A stretch of 64,000 bases of DNA, from contig NC_092675.1 in assembly GCF_964355755.1 (NCBI RefSeq), forward strand, positions 11,899,812-11,963,811, given 5' to 3'. Numbering within the stretch: the stretch's first letter is position 1; the number at the start of each line of letters is the position of its first letter. The notes beneath the pieces were generated by a model. The model was not told where the DNA came from. It searched no databases and saw nothing but the letters and a program-made list of their open reading frames with translations. Shown here in pieces: positions 38,110 to 50,200 of the stretch. The position numbers and the translations under genes were made by a program. Source of the stretch: Antedon mediterranea. Its lineage: Eukaryota > Animalia > Echinodermata.

Positions 38110-40810
38110 GAAGTGTAGACGATGGTTCTCATAATGATAAAAATGTTCTCCTTGTACGTTTTCTGTCGGTTACCATTATTGACAATGCTTGACATTCGTA
38201 AAACTAAACTATTCTGTTTCACAGTGTTTTAGATGATTAGTAACATTTTAAAGTATAGTGTTTATTGTTTGGTAGGGCTCTTTGGGGAGGCGGAGTTCAT
38301 TTGAGAGGGGTGCTTATTCGAGGGATTTTTTAGTTTTAATAATATCATAACATTTATAATCAAATAAAATCCTCTAATAGATATGAAAAGTGGTAAAAAA
38401 GAATAACAAATGCTTGGTAAATTGTAGATAACAGTGCGATGAATTCTACTACAAATAGTATAATGATTAGTATTCAAAGTGATGTTTTATTGGAGAGGCG
38501 TTTATTCAAATAAATACCATCATAATAATTATTAATACATTATTTAATTTAAACATCTTTTGAAACTAACTGCCGTGATTCATAAAGTGGGCCCAAGAAA
38601 GAAGACATTACGGCTTGCAACATGGGCAGACATCTCGGTCCTAACGGGACACAGATAGCCTACAGTCACCCGATTCTGCTACTGTCCCTAGGTGCTATCT
38701 GTAAAACTATAGCAAGTTATACACGTTGCTGTCTGCTATAAATGCTGTACTTTTAACACATGGTACACTGTCTGTAGCACAGTGTCTGTTGACAATTTAC
38801 AATGATGTAGGCCTACAACCATAGGCAGGTTTTCGTACTGCCATGCAAGAATGGATAGGTGTTTTCCGCTGAGGTGAGCTGAGGCTATGTGACTTGGGAT
38901 AACTTACTACACTATGTGCGACGGCCGATAGATAGGCCTACGTAACATCAGTATGAAGGTCTGCAATATAATATAATTAACATGTATTTTTTCAGACTTA
39001 TAAATAATACTTATTCTTTGTTAATTTATCAACATTGCCATTCAAATTCTTAGTGAAAGTGTCATTTTTATATAATTAATATTAGGCCTAATAATTAATA
39101 ATCTATTTAATTATGCTGATTATCTCTCCATACATGTCAAGTTTGAGGAGGTTGTATTTGTCACTTGTCTGTCCAACCTTGTGTTAAGCAGTAGTTGTAG
39201 ATTATTTAATTTACTTCTCTCATGGTTTACTGTTATACAGTCAAAGTACTAAATAATTCATACTCATTAAAACACATCAAACATGATGGGTGGTAGTTAC
39301 TTTGTATTTCAAAACTGTATTTTCCAACATATTAATACAATAGGCCTACAATTATATTAAATACTGTGTATCATAACAAAATAATTTTTTGGGTGGAGCT
39401 GGAAATAGTGAAAAACTAATTGTGATGATAGCCCTCTTTTACACACAATTAAATGTTAAATTATTGCCAGTATACAACATTTAATGCAATATTAAATTAT
39501 TCTTATTAATATTTAATTATTATATAAATTTATGATAATTTAAATTATTATTTAATATAAATTATTCATCTAAAAACTTTTCTTTTTTAATAATTCTTAA
39601 TTTTCAAATATTGGTAGACAACTTCAAATATTAACAAATTCTTTCAATATTAAAAAAAACGTTCCAATGTTTTATTTTTTAATAGTCTTTAAATTGTGTT
39701 AGCCAGGCTCGTGTACTTATCGTTAAATATTCGTAGACAAATTTCAAAATTAAATTATTAATTTAAAGTATTCATCTAACAACTTTAACATCAATATAAT
39801 ATTTTCTTTTAATAACAAGCTTTAATTGTGTTAACAGTTACTCTAGTATACATATTAAATATTGGTAGGTAACTGTCAATATTAAGTTATTATTATTACC
39901 TTATAATTATTCGTGGCGCTATACGATCTTTGGTGGGAGGTATAATGAGCAGACCGATACTAGGGTGTCTCTTCATGCGCGAGAGGGCGGTATTTCGATT
40001 GATCTAGAACACTTACACTGGTTGGTATTTTGCAGTGTAATACACGCAACCCGTGTCATTCCTGGATGTATCAAGTGTGAAAAGGAAATTTATCCGGACA
40101 CAACACGGATTTGTTATAAGCTCGGCGGTGTAAAAGGGGTAAAAGATCAATACAATATCTTCCTCTTATTTTTAGTTTCATTCGCTATCTTGGTAATGTA
40201 ATGAGAGCAATGTTTTAGGGCAGTGATAACCTGACGCAGATACATACATACATACTTTAAACTGTTATTAGTAACATTCCACCTATTACAATATACAGAT
40301 AGTAATCATAAAATGCGGTTTTTGTAGTTACCAATAAGTACACTACCTAACGAGCCAACAATAACCACTTTTTACTTTGCATTTGAATGCCGTGTCCACA
40401 GTTATTAATTCTATTATTCTCTACGTACTATGTACTTTCTAAATTTTGTCTCCACAAATGCATCAAATGGAGTTGAAATTTCAACAATAAAGGCTTTTTT
40501 TGACCAATTACATACATACATACACATATATACTCACAGATTTTCTCATCTTTTCATCGTTTCAAATTAATTAATTAAATTTCAGTATATCACCGGGTGG
40601 TTTAGAATTAATGCCTGTTGTGTTTATATATCAAATTATATATAATATATATACCAAAATTTAAGTTTCAATATTAACCACTCTTAACTTAATTAACTCT
40701 TATTCAGTCTCCACTCACCACTGACCACCCTGTCTCCTTTTGTTGTATTTCTTTTATTCCTGTCCACCCAGGCAGTTCTTATGCTATGACGTTATCCAAA
40801 TTTCTTTACT

Positions 40811-40849
40811 TGCACTGATGAAGGGCTAGTGTTGCCTGAAAGCTCTGCT
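40811..40849 (+). ncRNA. Minimal type I hammerhead ribozyme (Penelope-like element type)
   Basis: gca-CTGATGA-a-gggc-tagtgtt-gcct-GAAA-gc-TC-tgc gives the catalytic core, stem II, a palindromic minimal stem III (AGCT) and a short stem I. It lies ~60 bp before an (AT)n tract. Confidence 0.7.
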
Positions 40850-40907
40850 AATCCAGCCACTGATACCCACAGCATTGTCATTTTGTCAGTAATTTGCCTT
40901 TGGATTT

Positions 40908-40914
40908 ATATATA

Positions 40915-40972
<58 letters not shown>
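40908..40972. repeat. (AT)n microsatellite
   Basis: Directly visible. Confidence 0.95.
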
Positions 40973-40976
<4 letters not shown>

Positions 40977-41199
40977 CATACTGTAAATTATAGAAACAGT
41001 GCTCATATTCGGAACATGATCTCATAATCGCGTCGAGCATAGCTCATTGGCGAAAGTTCCGTATTTTTTCGAATCCAGCCAGAGACATTTTTTCATACAA
41101 CTAAAAAATACGGAACTTTCGCCAATGAGCTATGCTCGACGCGATTATGAGATCATGTTCCGAATATGAGCACTGTTTCTATAATTTACAGTATGATTT
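40973..41199. repeat. Perfect 97-bp inverted repeat with a 33-bp spacer
   Basis: 40973-41069 is the reverse complement of 41103-41199. In addition, 41068-41239 is directly repeated at 41435-41606. Confidence 0.92.
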
Positions 41200-41382
41200 A
41201 TATATAATTTACACAGTGCTACGCAACATCATTGATTTACATATACACAATATTATTTAAAAAACCGTTGCGAATTAAAGTTGGAATTTATTCTGACTTG
41301 TTAAGCCTCCACTGATTGTGAGGGCGTTTGTTGTATGAGAGAATGTATCTGGTGGGTGAAAATCTGTTATAATACCATACAT

Positions 41383-41454
41383 GGCTCTGTGGTCTAGTGG
41401 TATGATACTCGCCCTGTAAGCGAGAGGTTGCAGGTTCGAATCCAGCCAGAGACA
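41383..41454 (+). pseudogene. tRNA-derived sequence (TGT anticodon, Pro-like body), probably a repeat-associated Pol III module
   Basis: A-box TGGTCTAGTGG, anticodon stem CTCGC/GCGAG, B-box GGTTCGAATCC and a following T6. It has C instead of U33 and mismatches in the acceptor and T stems. Confidence 0.7.
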
Positions 41455-41601
41455 TTTTTTCATACAACTAAAAAATACGGAACTTTCGCCAATGAGCTAT
41501 GCTCGACGCGATTATGAGATCATGTTCCGAATATGAGCACTGTTTCTATAATTTACAGTATGATTTATATATAATTTACACAGTGCTACGCAACATCATT
41601 G

Positions 41602-41604
<3 letters not shown>

Positions 41605-41668
<64 letters not shown>
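41605..41668. repeat. (AT)n microsatellite
   Basis: Directly visible. Confidence 0.95.
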
Positions 41669-41670
<2 letters not shown>

Positions 41671-42274
41671 TAACTTTATTTCCAAAAAATGTAACAAAAC
41701 CACGCACTGTGGATTACAAAATCTGTAAGCTCTTACATGCATGCTTCTTACAACAACAAACAATATAAAACAAATGATTCAAAATAACGAAAGACGCTTA
41801 TTTCTGTTGCTGGCAATCTCACGCAAATGAATTAAGTCGTTTAAATTACTTAACTTAGAGTTTTGTTTTTTTGTGTCTTATGTAGGTTCTACCCATTTTT
41901 ATTTATTCATCAATAAAATGTTCGTTTACAATGCATTGCACTGGATTAATGTAATATTACAATACAATACAACTGACATTAAATAAGTCAACATACAACT
42001 AGTTGTGAGCAAAAATAATAAACCACACAGATATCTTTATTTACAGATATTAGAGAAAATGTAATGAGCTGAGAACACAGAAGCAGACAAAAGCATAATA
42101 CAATGCAGTTTTTTTCTAATTTATAGCAATTCATTGGGCTGTTGTTTCATATAACGTAACAATAACTTTTTTGTTTTGAAAGATGCCATTTGTTATTTTT
42201 ATTTATGAGTAAACTAATACATTACGTTTTCCAGTATTTTATTTTATTAAAAATTTGTATTTAATCTTTTTTAG

Positions 42275-43092
42275 GCATGTCCTTTATGTGGAAAATATTC
42301 AATAAACACCTCTCGACACATAGTGGAAGTCTACAAAGTGAACGACATTTTCAAACACCGAATCCTAAAAGAAATGAAAACTAAGTGAGTAGGCATTTGC
42401 CATGCACTATATATTACACAGGATTTGCACAAACAATGAAATTTACCATATTATTTTGAATTACAGTACACAATTTTTTTTACTCTAAATTTATTAAGAA
42501 AAAAGAAGAGGATAACTTTAGATCCAAAACAAAAGAATGTGGTATCTGCGAGGCAAGGACCGACATTTTCAATCGGTACATCATCTCAAGGTAAAACAGT
42601 TTTTTAGCATTTAACATTCAAATTTACCGTATTATATTGTATTTAATATCAAATTTATGATATTTAATATTTATATTAGATGACGTTTAAGTTCAGAAGG
42701 TTTTGAATCTATAAGTTATCAAAATATGCAATCACCATAATTATTTAGGTGTTTTTTTTTTATAGATACATGATAGCAACTATAAAGCAGCAATGAGGGG
42801 AACAAATGAAATTCCTCTGGAAGGTTAGTTCTTACATTACATCTTCATTAGGAACTATTATTAAACTGTCAAATTAGTTAATTTACATTAATATTTAGGA
42901 AATTAAAAATTTTTCAGAATAAACACCCTTTATCCTTGATTCCAATATATTATATTTAGATACGCAAAAAAAGGATTTTTTCAACTATTTACTTAAAAGT
43001 CGACAGTTGGGAAAAACAGGACCAAACAATGTATGGCCGTTTTTGACAGGAGGTGATCCTAAAAAGTTATTTGATTCGCAACACCTCAGAAG
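42275..43092 (+). pseudogene. Degenerate multi-exon remnant with two CxxC zinc-finger-like exons
   Basis: AG/GT-bounded segments at 42275-42384 (ACPLCGKYSINTSRHIVEV) and 42522-42590 (KECGICEAR; phase-compatible), plus further candidate exons at 42766-42823 and 42960-43092. Confidence 0.4.
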
Positions 43093-43094
43093 GT

Positions 43095-44448
43095 AAGTTT
43101 GTTGTAGAGTGGTTGGAAGAGGTAAATCCATTTGATGCTACAGGGGATAAAAATGTTCTAGTATCCTTTTTTACAGGGTTCAGCAGCACTCAAAATGACA
43201 CGGTTAATGCTGACCAAGCAGAAGAGATTGGCAAGTCAATGCAAGAAAAAATGGATGGAAAAAACAAGGTTAAATCAATAGAAAGTCTTAGGCGTGGACC
43301 AAAAGTAAATGGAAAGAAGCTAGTTATAGGACAAGGACATCACCAACAGCTACCTCAGGTTTGTGAAGTCATTTGGAAGTCGGTGTCATCGGATTACAGT
43401 TGTCTTTGATGGATATGGTAGTTCCACTAAAGATCATGATCATCTAAGACGGACAAAGAACTCGTGCTGTGATATAAAGATTCGGCCTGACATAAGAAAT
43501 ATCGTCCCAAGGGAAACGTTTCTTGATAACAAAGGAAAAAAAGGTCAGCTCATTGTTCTTCTTACTGATACGTTTGTTAGCAATGGGATCAATGTGAGGC
43601 AATGCACCGACGATGCCGACACTTGTATTGTCCAAACAAGCTCTGAATGAGGCAAAAGAATTCCCCATTGAAGTGAGGGCTGAAGACACAGATATCATGG
43701 TCATGCTGATACATAATACTCCAAACAATTACCCCATCTACCTTACAACAGCAAAAGAAATATCTTACGAAATTGAAAAGATCTGTGATGCACTACCAGA
43801 TAGATACAGGAAATATCTAATCTTTTTGCACAGCTTTTCCGGATGTGACACAGTTTCATCAATTTCTGGGTTTAGCAAACCAACTTTGCTAACCAAGCTA
43901 TGCAGCACTGATGTGGCAGAGAGTGCAATGGATGTTTTTGGACATACGAGCCAACAAAGAAGATATCACCAAAGGTGGATGCAAGATATTCCAAACACTG
44001 TACTGCCGTTCAAAATCCTACCAAGACTTGGGAGAAATAAGATTTGCAATATATAGCAAACGAGCCGCTCCTGGGAGTATCAGACCATAAAAACTTCACC
44101 CAACAACTGGAGCTGCAGCACAGCATTCTCTTCATGCCTACCTCCAAACAAGAGATCGGATGGTATTACAAAGCTCATCGTTAGATGTTCTGCAGTATGG
44201 ATAGAAGCTTAGTAACAATGGTTACGAACACATTTCTTCTAAAGACCCAATTGCACCAGATTACCTTTTAAAGTTTGTAAGTTGTAACTGTGTGGGTGAT
44301 TGTAACACACTTTCTAAGGTACAGCTGTAAGAAGCAAGGAGTCATATGTATATCTGCTTGCAGCAACTGTCATGGTAATACCTGTCAGAACATCAACCGG
44401 GCTGATGACGACAGAAGTGAGGAACTTTTGGAAGAGTCAAATAAGTAG
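43095..44448 (+). pseudogene. Academ-type transposase C-terminal region (XPG-like domain and Cys-rich tail), with deletions and frameshifts
   Basis: VVFDGY..STKD, DDADTCIV, AEDTDI, HSFSGCDTVS, HPT..AAAQHSL.AYLQ and APDYLLKFVSCNC...CKKQGVICISACSNCHGNTCQN are spread across frames. Confidence 0.8.
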
Positions 44449-44903
44449 AAGAATCACAGTAGATTGAACTACTAATATTGTAAAGTAATGTTTGAATGTT
44501 GATTAAATGCTTCTGAGAAACAATTCAAAACCTAATTTGTGGAAATAACCATCTTGGTTACCTTATCTGTCTCAAATATTTCGTGAAATGTTAATTACAT
44601 TATAATTGATTGAATTGTAGGCTGTTGCTAATTACATTTTATAAATGATAATTTACATAGTGTTCATAGTTACCCATAAACGCATAACTTGGGCGACCAT
44701 TTTTTATTTTGAATGACTATACAAAATGTCATATTATAAAAACATGTTATCTTAATTACAATAGGGTCAAGTTGTCAGAAATTATATTTCCTTTTAACTT
44801 TGGGGAAACTTTTCTATTAGATTAAATACAAATATGGATGTTTTGATGAAGTTAAGACCGCTTTAAAGTGTCTGCGGCCAATAGTTACCTAAATTAACCC
44901 TAG

Positions 44904-45576
44904 TGTAATATAGTGTTGCGTTGAGGTACTAATGAAAGACTCTTACTCGCTTAACTGTCGTAACACATATATTGTTTATTCAGTATAATACTTCAGTACA
45001 ATAATGATTCGGTACAATATACTATTAGGATAAGGGTACAGAGGATCAGTGATGCTGTCGGTGAGGTGTGAAGTGTGTAGGTCTGCTTCTGGAGAAGTGG
45101 CTGTAAGGTGTGTGCTCCGTGAAGTGGCTGTAAGGTGTGTGTTCCGTGAGGTGGCTGTAAGGTGTGTGTTCCGTGAAGTGGCTGTGAGGTGTGTCTGGGC
45201 TCTTCTGAAACTTGGGAGTATATTGGCTTCGGTTCATCTGCATATGTCACTACGTAATCTGCGAGGGTAACGATTGGTCCTAAGTTGATCCAGGGGTGTT
45301 TAAGTGGGAGTGATTGATCTTATCTGGGGAGGTTACAATGATGAATTGGCCCTGTCGAATCTCTGCTTAAAACTGTCAATATCTAATTGTTTTACGATGG
45401 GAACAGTCACAAAGTTAAGCTAAGTGTTTTCTTTAGGGATTCTATTATAAACTAAATGGTCATTAAAACATCTGGACAAACTCTCCTCTGGACTTTCTGG
45501 GTCAAGTTTGTGAACCTATTTGAATTCTGATACAAAGTTCAATTTCTTAAATATAAAAGTATATCGTTATATTACA
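44904..45576 (-). repeat. 3' LTR (673 bp) with internal 27-bp repeats
   Basis: TGTAATAT...ATATTACA, homologous to 53769-54394. Preceded on the minus strand by GGGAAACCGAGGGA. Confidence 0.93.
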
Positions 45577-46025
45577 TCCCTCGGTTTCCCTTTTTTTTTC
45601 TAATCTATTTAAAATATAAAAATGGTTATAATAGTGGCATGCAAATTTAAAGTTATATAAAAGAAAAAAACATTATTATACATATAAGCAAAAATTGAGT
45701 TAGCCAAAACCATTGACTCTGAATTGTAACCTTATCACTTTCACTCTCTCTCTTCTCTCTCTTAAAACAATTAAAATTAAAAATGAATTTGGTATAAAAA
45801 TTCCAGAATTTATATAAAATTTAAAAAAAAAATGTATAAAAAACAAAAGTGTTCTTCAAAATCGACATAATTGTGGGTCCATTGCTTTGGAGGCATGCTA
45901 CACTCGGATTACCAAAATATAGACATCACAACGGTTGGGTTTCCCTAAAAAACATCGGTCAAGAAGTCGACTCTCGTTAATTATTTGAAATTGAAAAAAA
46001 AATGTTTATAAAGGATAAATTGAAA

Positions 46026-46907
46026 TCAATCGGTGGGTTTATATAATCGATAAAAACGGGATGCACTCCACGGTATGTCCAACATGTAGGTAGTGGTGTA
46101 AGGGATCTCATTGAAATATACCATACCGCAATTCAAGCATTGGTATCCTTTGTTGAAGGATATTTGTTGGCAATTTTGGTGAAAAAGTGTGCCGCAGCAC
46201 TTGTTGATTGTACAATCAGTATGACAGTTTTTAATTTCGGGGTTACATTGACAAATTTGGCAGGGGGTATCTTTGTATTTATTTTCCAGGTACTGCATGT
46301 TACGGATGTGCGAATATAGTTTTTTCTTATATTTAGTTACAACATATCCAAATGGTGAGTGTTCGCTAGGTTTTAATTCGTCTTGGGGTATGATGCCTGT
46401 TTGTTGTCGGACTCTTGAAAAAAATGTTGTGCATTGTGGGGCTTTGATGTCTTTTGTAACTGCTAAGAGCAGGAGGGTCATAGAATAAATATGTTGTCTA
46501 TGAAATTCATGTGTGTTTGGTATACAAGTGGCGATGCCGTCTAAATTAATGGAAAGGTCAATTGTGGAAAAGTCGAGTAGGGCTGGTTCACTCTTATGCT
46601 TCCAAATGTAGTCTATAATGGGGGAGGACATTTTGTCGAAACAACATAAATAACTGCCAATGTGTAAAAGGGTATTTAATTTGAGGTTAGTCAGTTGGTC
46701 TGCTGGACGAATGTCGCAAATGAATAATAAAACTCTTTTCAAGGAATCTAAAGTAAATGGCATCATTTTGGTAATATGGAGAATTACGTTTTGTTCGCTT
46801 TGGTAAAGGATTATCTTCTTTATAAGGGCACATTCTGTGGACAGGGGCGTTATTGGAATTTTGTGTTTTAAGCATAACTGTGTAACGTCAAGCTTTTCGG
46901 ATTCCAT
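46026..46907 (-). CDS. ORF3 of the Gypsy element, 293 aa, with a C-terminal RING/PHD-like finger
   Basis: Uninterrupted ATG-initiated ORF between pol and the 3' LTR, containing CQIC...CCGTLFHQNC...CLNC. No signal peptide or obvious Env TM anchor. Confidence 0.75.
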   Translation of the reverse strand: MESEKLDVTQLCLKHKIPITPLSTECALIKKIILYQSEQNVILHITKMMPFTLDSLKRVLLFICDIRPADQLTNLKLNTLLHIGSYLCCFDKMSSPIIDYIWKHKSEPALLDFSTIDLSINLDGIATCIPNTHEFHRQHIYSMTLLLLAVTKDIKAPQCTTFFSRVRQQTGIIPQDELKPSEHSPFGYVVTKYKKKLYSHIRNMQYLENKYKDTPCQICQCNPEIKNCHTDCTINKCCGTLFHQNCQQISFNKGYQCLNCGMVYFNEIPYTTTYMLDIPWSASRFYRLYKPTD

Positions 46908-47079
46908 TTTAGGGGGAAATTTGGAATTGACTAAAATTACGATAAATAAAAATTAAAATGTATTTAAAATAAACAATATTAAACTAAATAAACGATATAA
47001 AACTCAAACAATAAAATTTCAAGTTCAACTATTATAACAATCTCACAAAAGTAAATTAACTTATAATTCGACGGTAAAT

Positions 47080-47197
47080 ACTGTATATTTGATACGCTCG
47101 TGCGACTTATTTATAGTCTGCCCATCCGGTTGTTTTTTTATATATAGCTCGTAATTGGCTCTACTCCTCCCTCGAGCGTTAATCAAACGTCAATTGG
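47080..47197 (-). promoter_or_regulatory. Putative internal promoter for ORF3
   Basis: On the minus strand: CCAAT (47197-47193, 47158-47154), TATATAAAA (~47144-47136), TATAAATAA (47115-47107) and CAGT ~32 bp downstream (47083-47080). Confidence 0.5.
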
Positions 47198-47266
47198 TCA
47201 AATTGAGAAAAAATTCTAAACTTAAAGAATAATATGTACAATGAATATATCTTGCAAAAAATTAAA

Positions 47267-50200
47267 TCAGTAACTTGTTGCATTATACAAACGTTTTATG
47301 AATCGTTTTGGCGATCCACTTATCGGTATCTGTTTATCATTAATGATCTCTTTAATCAATTTATCTGTATCGTTATATCTGTCAATATTCCACCAAAATT
47401 TGCGATCATTAGATTCGTGTTTTGTTTTATCGGTGTTGCGTTTGGCTGAAGTCGGTTTAGAATATGAAACTAAAACTTGGAAATGTCCTGCTTTAAATCT
47501 ACCTCGGTTTAATGTCATATTTGAATCATTAGGTGCTGTCATAATTAGATTAGTTTGTTCCTTGATTTGTTCTTCTTTCATTTGGAATGGGGCTGCTAAT
47601 CCCATGTTATTCTCTACACAGTCAATGTAAGGTTGCAAGTTAAGGGGTTCTATCTTAGTTGGATGTGTAAGGGTATCTGATTGCAATTGGGTGGGTGTCC
47701 TATCATCTTCGTCTACAAATTCAACATTGATTTCGTCATTTACTACATTAATGGTGTTTTGGATTTTATCGTTATTATCATCGGTGGGTTCATTCAACAA
47801 TTGTTTAAGTTTTTGGAGATGTGTAAAATTTTTGCGTTCTTTGGGTGTTCTCATAAAACAGGGTTTCAGTCTGTTATAATTGAATACGTCGCGAAGTATT
47901 TCTCCTTTAATCGTCGCTAGGGTGTAGTGTGTTCTGTCTAGTACTTCATGAATTACTAATGGTCCGACCCATTCTGCGGCGATTTTCTTTGAATTTGCCG
48001 TTAGTGATGATGATGTTGGCTTGTATAAATATACGAGTTGTCCTACTGAGTAAATTGGACTTTTTTCTAAGCGTTGGGAAATCTTTGAGTTTTGGACGTT
48101 TTGTTGTGTTCGCTGTAATTGTAGCATTGTCTGTGAAATGTTTTGAAATTTCTTCTTGAGATGTTCAAAGTATTCTTCATAGGAATGAGACAATCCTGAA
48201 ATAGGGTTAAATGCTAATGAGGTCAAACTTGGAGGTTGGCGGCCAAAAACTAATTCGTAAGGGGAGTGGTTTCCTAGATGTGGGGATGAAAACGAGTTAT
48301 AAGCATAACATGTTGTTGATACAAATCTAACCCAATCTGTTCCGAATTGGTTAAGGTTGACCTTTAACAGGTCCGATACGGTGCGGATATGACGTTCAAC
48401 TTGTAAACTACCGTGATTGTGGACGCTGATGATTTTCCTATCAATATTAAGGGTGTTACATAATAGTGTTAATAATTTTCCTGTAAGGGAGGTTGCTGCA
48501 TCTGAAATAAGACGAGATGGGGGTCCAAAAATACTGATGACCTTTTGAATTAGTGCTTCACAAATTGTTTCGGCATCAATGGATTTCAAAGGTACACAAA
48601 TCAAAAATCTAGTTATCTCATCACATACTACCATAATATGTTTAAAACCTGAAGGTGAAGTTGGCATACTCTTAAAATCTAGACTGAGTGTATGAAAGGG
48701 ACGGTAAGTTGCTGGTACTCGATCGTGTAAAGGACGTAATTTATCGGTTTTGGGACGAAATTGTTGACATCTAAGACACGCTTGGGTATAATTGTTGACT
48801 TTCTCGAACATAAGGGGCATGTAAAATAATTTCCTAATAGTAAGGTAAGTACGCATCGTACCTTGGTGGCTACTTAACAAATTGTCGTGATACTGAGAAA
48901 TAATAGTCTCTGCTAAGTTTTCAGGAACAGCTAATTGCAATACAAATTCTCCACCTTTATCTTGGAAAAATAAACGGAATAGTAAACCGTTGCACAATAT
49001 GTACTGCTCTGACTTATTCTGAACTGCACGAGCTGCTTTCTTATCAGCTGGAAGGATATCATGAACTAAATAATCGTAAACTGGCTTAAAAAATGGTGAA
49101 GTTTCTTGTTCAACGCGTAATTGTTTAACATCTACTGGGAGGTTATAATCTCTAATTATCTTTCTTTGAATAACATCCATTAATCTATCTAAGTCTTGTT
49201 GTTTTGGGATGTGTGCTGACTTAAATTCAGTTATGTTTGGTACTAGTGGTTTGGGCGATGTATACAATTCAACTGGTACGTTTCGATGTGTAGTATCTTT
49301 GCTTTGCTTATTTTTGTCTACTAGTCGTTCCTCTAGAGGTTGTCGAATGTTTACATTACGTATTGGGGGTGGTGTTACGATAGGTGGCGTTATGATAGGC
49401 GGTGATCGATGTGCGTTTGTTTGTTGTCTCGTGATTATTTGTGGTGTAGCGGTAGGTTGAGGTGTAGGTCGCGTGTTTGTTGTCACTGGATTTTGATTAA
49501 TGACAGGCGTTTGTTTGGGTTTGGGTTTATGTAGGTCAGGTATATTTATTCCCATTTTCTTGGCGTATGACCTTGTTACTGGTCTGCTAGTAGATGTGTT
49601 TGTAATCGGGTTAAGAGATTCAGTCTCTGTAATATTAAATGCAATGGGTACAACTTGATCAATTTCGGAATCGTCATCACGAGGGGCTCGGGAGAGAAAA
49701 TCTGCTAAAACTAATTCAGTTCCTTTCTTATAACCAATTTGGAAAATGTATCCGGACAATCGTAATATTAGTTTCTGTAAACGGGGTGTACATGGCTGAT
49801 CTTTTGAATTCCAAATTTGTACAATTGCTGAGTGGTCTACGAATGCATCAAATTCGCAACCCTTTAGTAAATGTCGAAATGCTGAAACGTTAATGTAAAG
49901 TCCAAATAACTCTAATTCTGTGACGCTATATCGTTGACAGGCTTGTGGTAAGATTTTGGAATAATAACCTATTATGTGTTCTTTACCGTTTACTGTTTGT
50001 GTTAAATATGAACCTGTTGCGGTTCTTGAAGTGTCGCTATATAGCGTAAATCTACCTTCTTTTCTAGGCATTTGAAGAGTTGGTGGTTTAACCATTAATT
50101 GTTTAATTTCGTCAAATGCTTTCTGGTGTTCAGTAGACCAAACAAATTTTCGGCGTTTACTTGCGAGTGTATGTAACGGACGTAAAATTGATTGTATTTG

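Noticed and set aside
41383-41454. Functional tRNA-Thr(UGU) gene
   Set aside because: It has C at position 33, mismatches in the acceptor and T stems and a Pro-like body, and it is partly duplicated inside a repeat structure.
44993-45270. Repetitive ORFs in the LTRs (also 53786-54082)
   Set aside because: They arise from 27-bp tandem repeats that are open in several frames on both strands.
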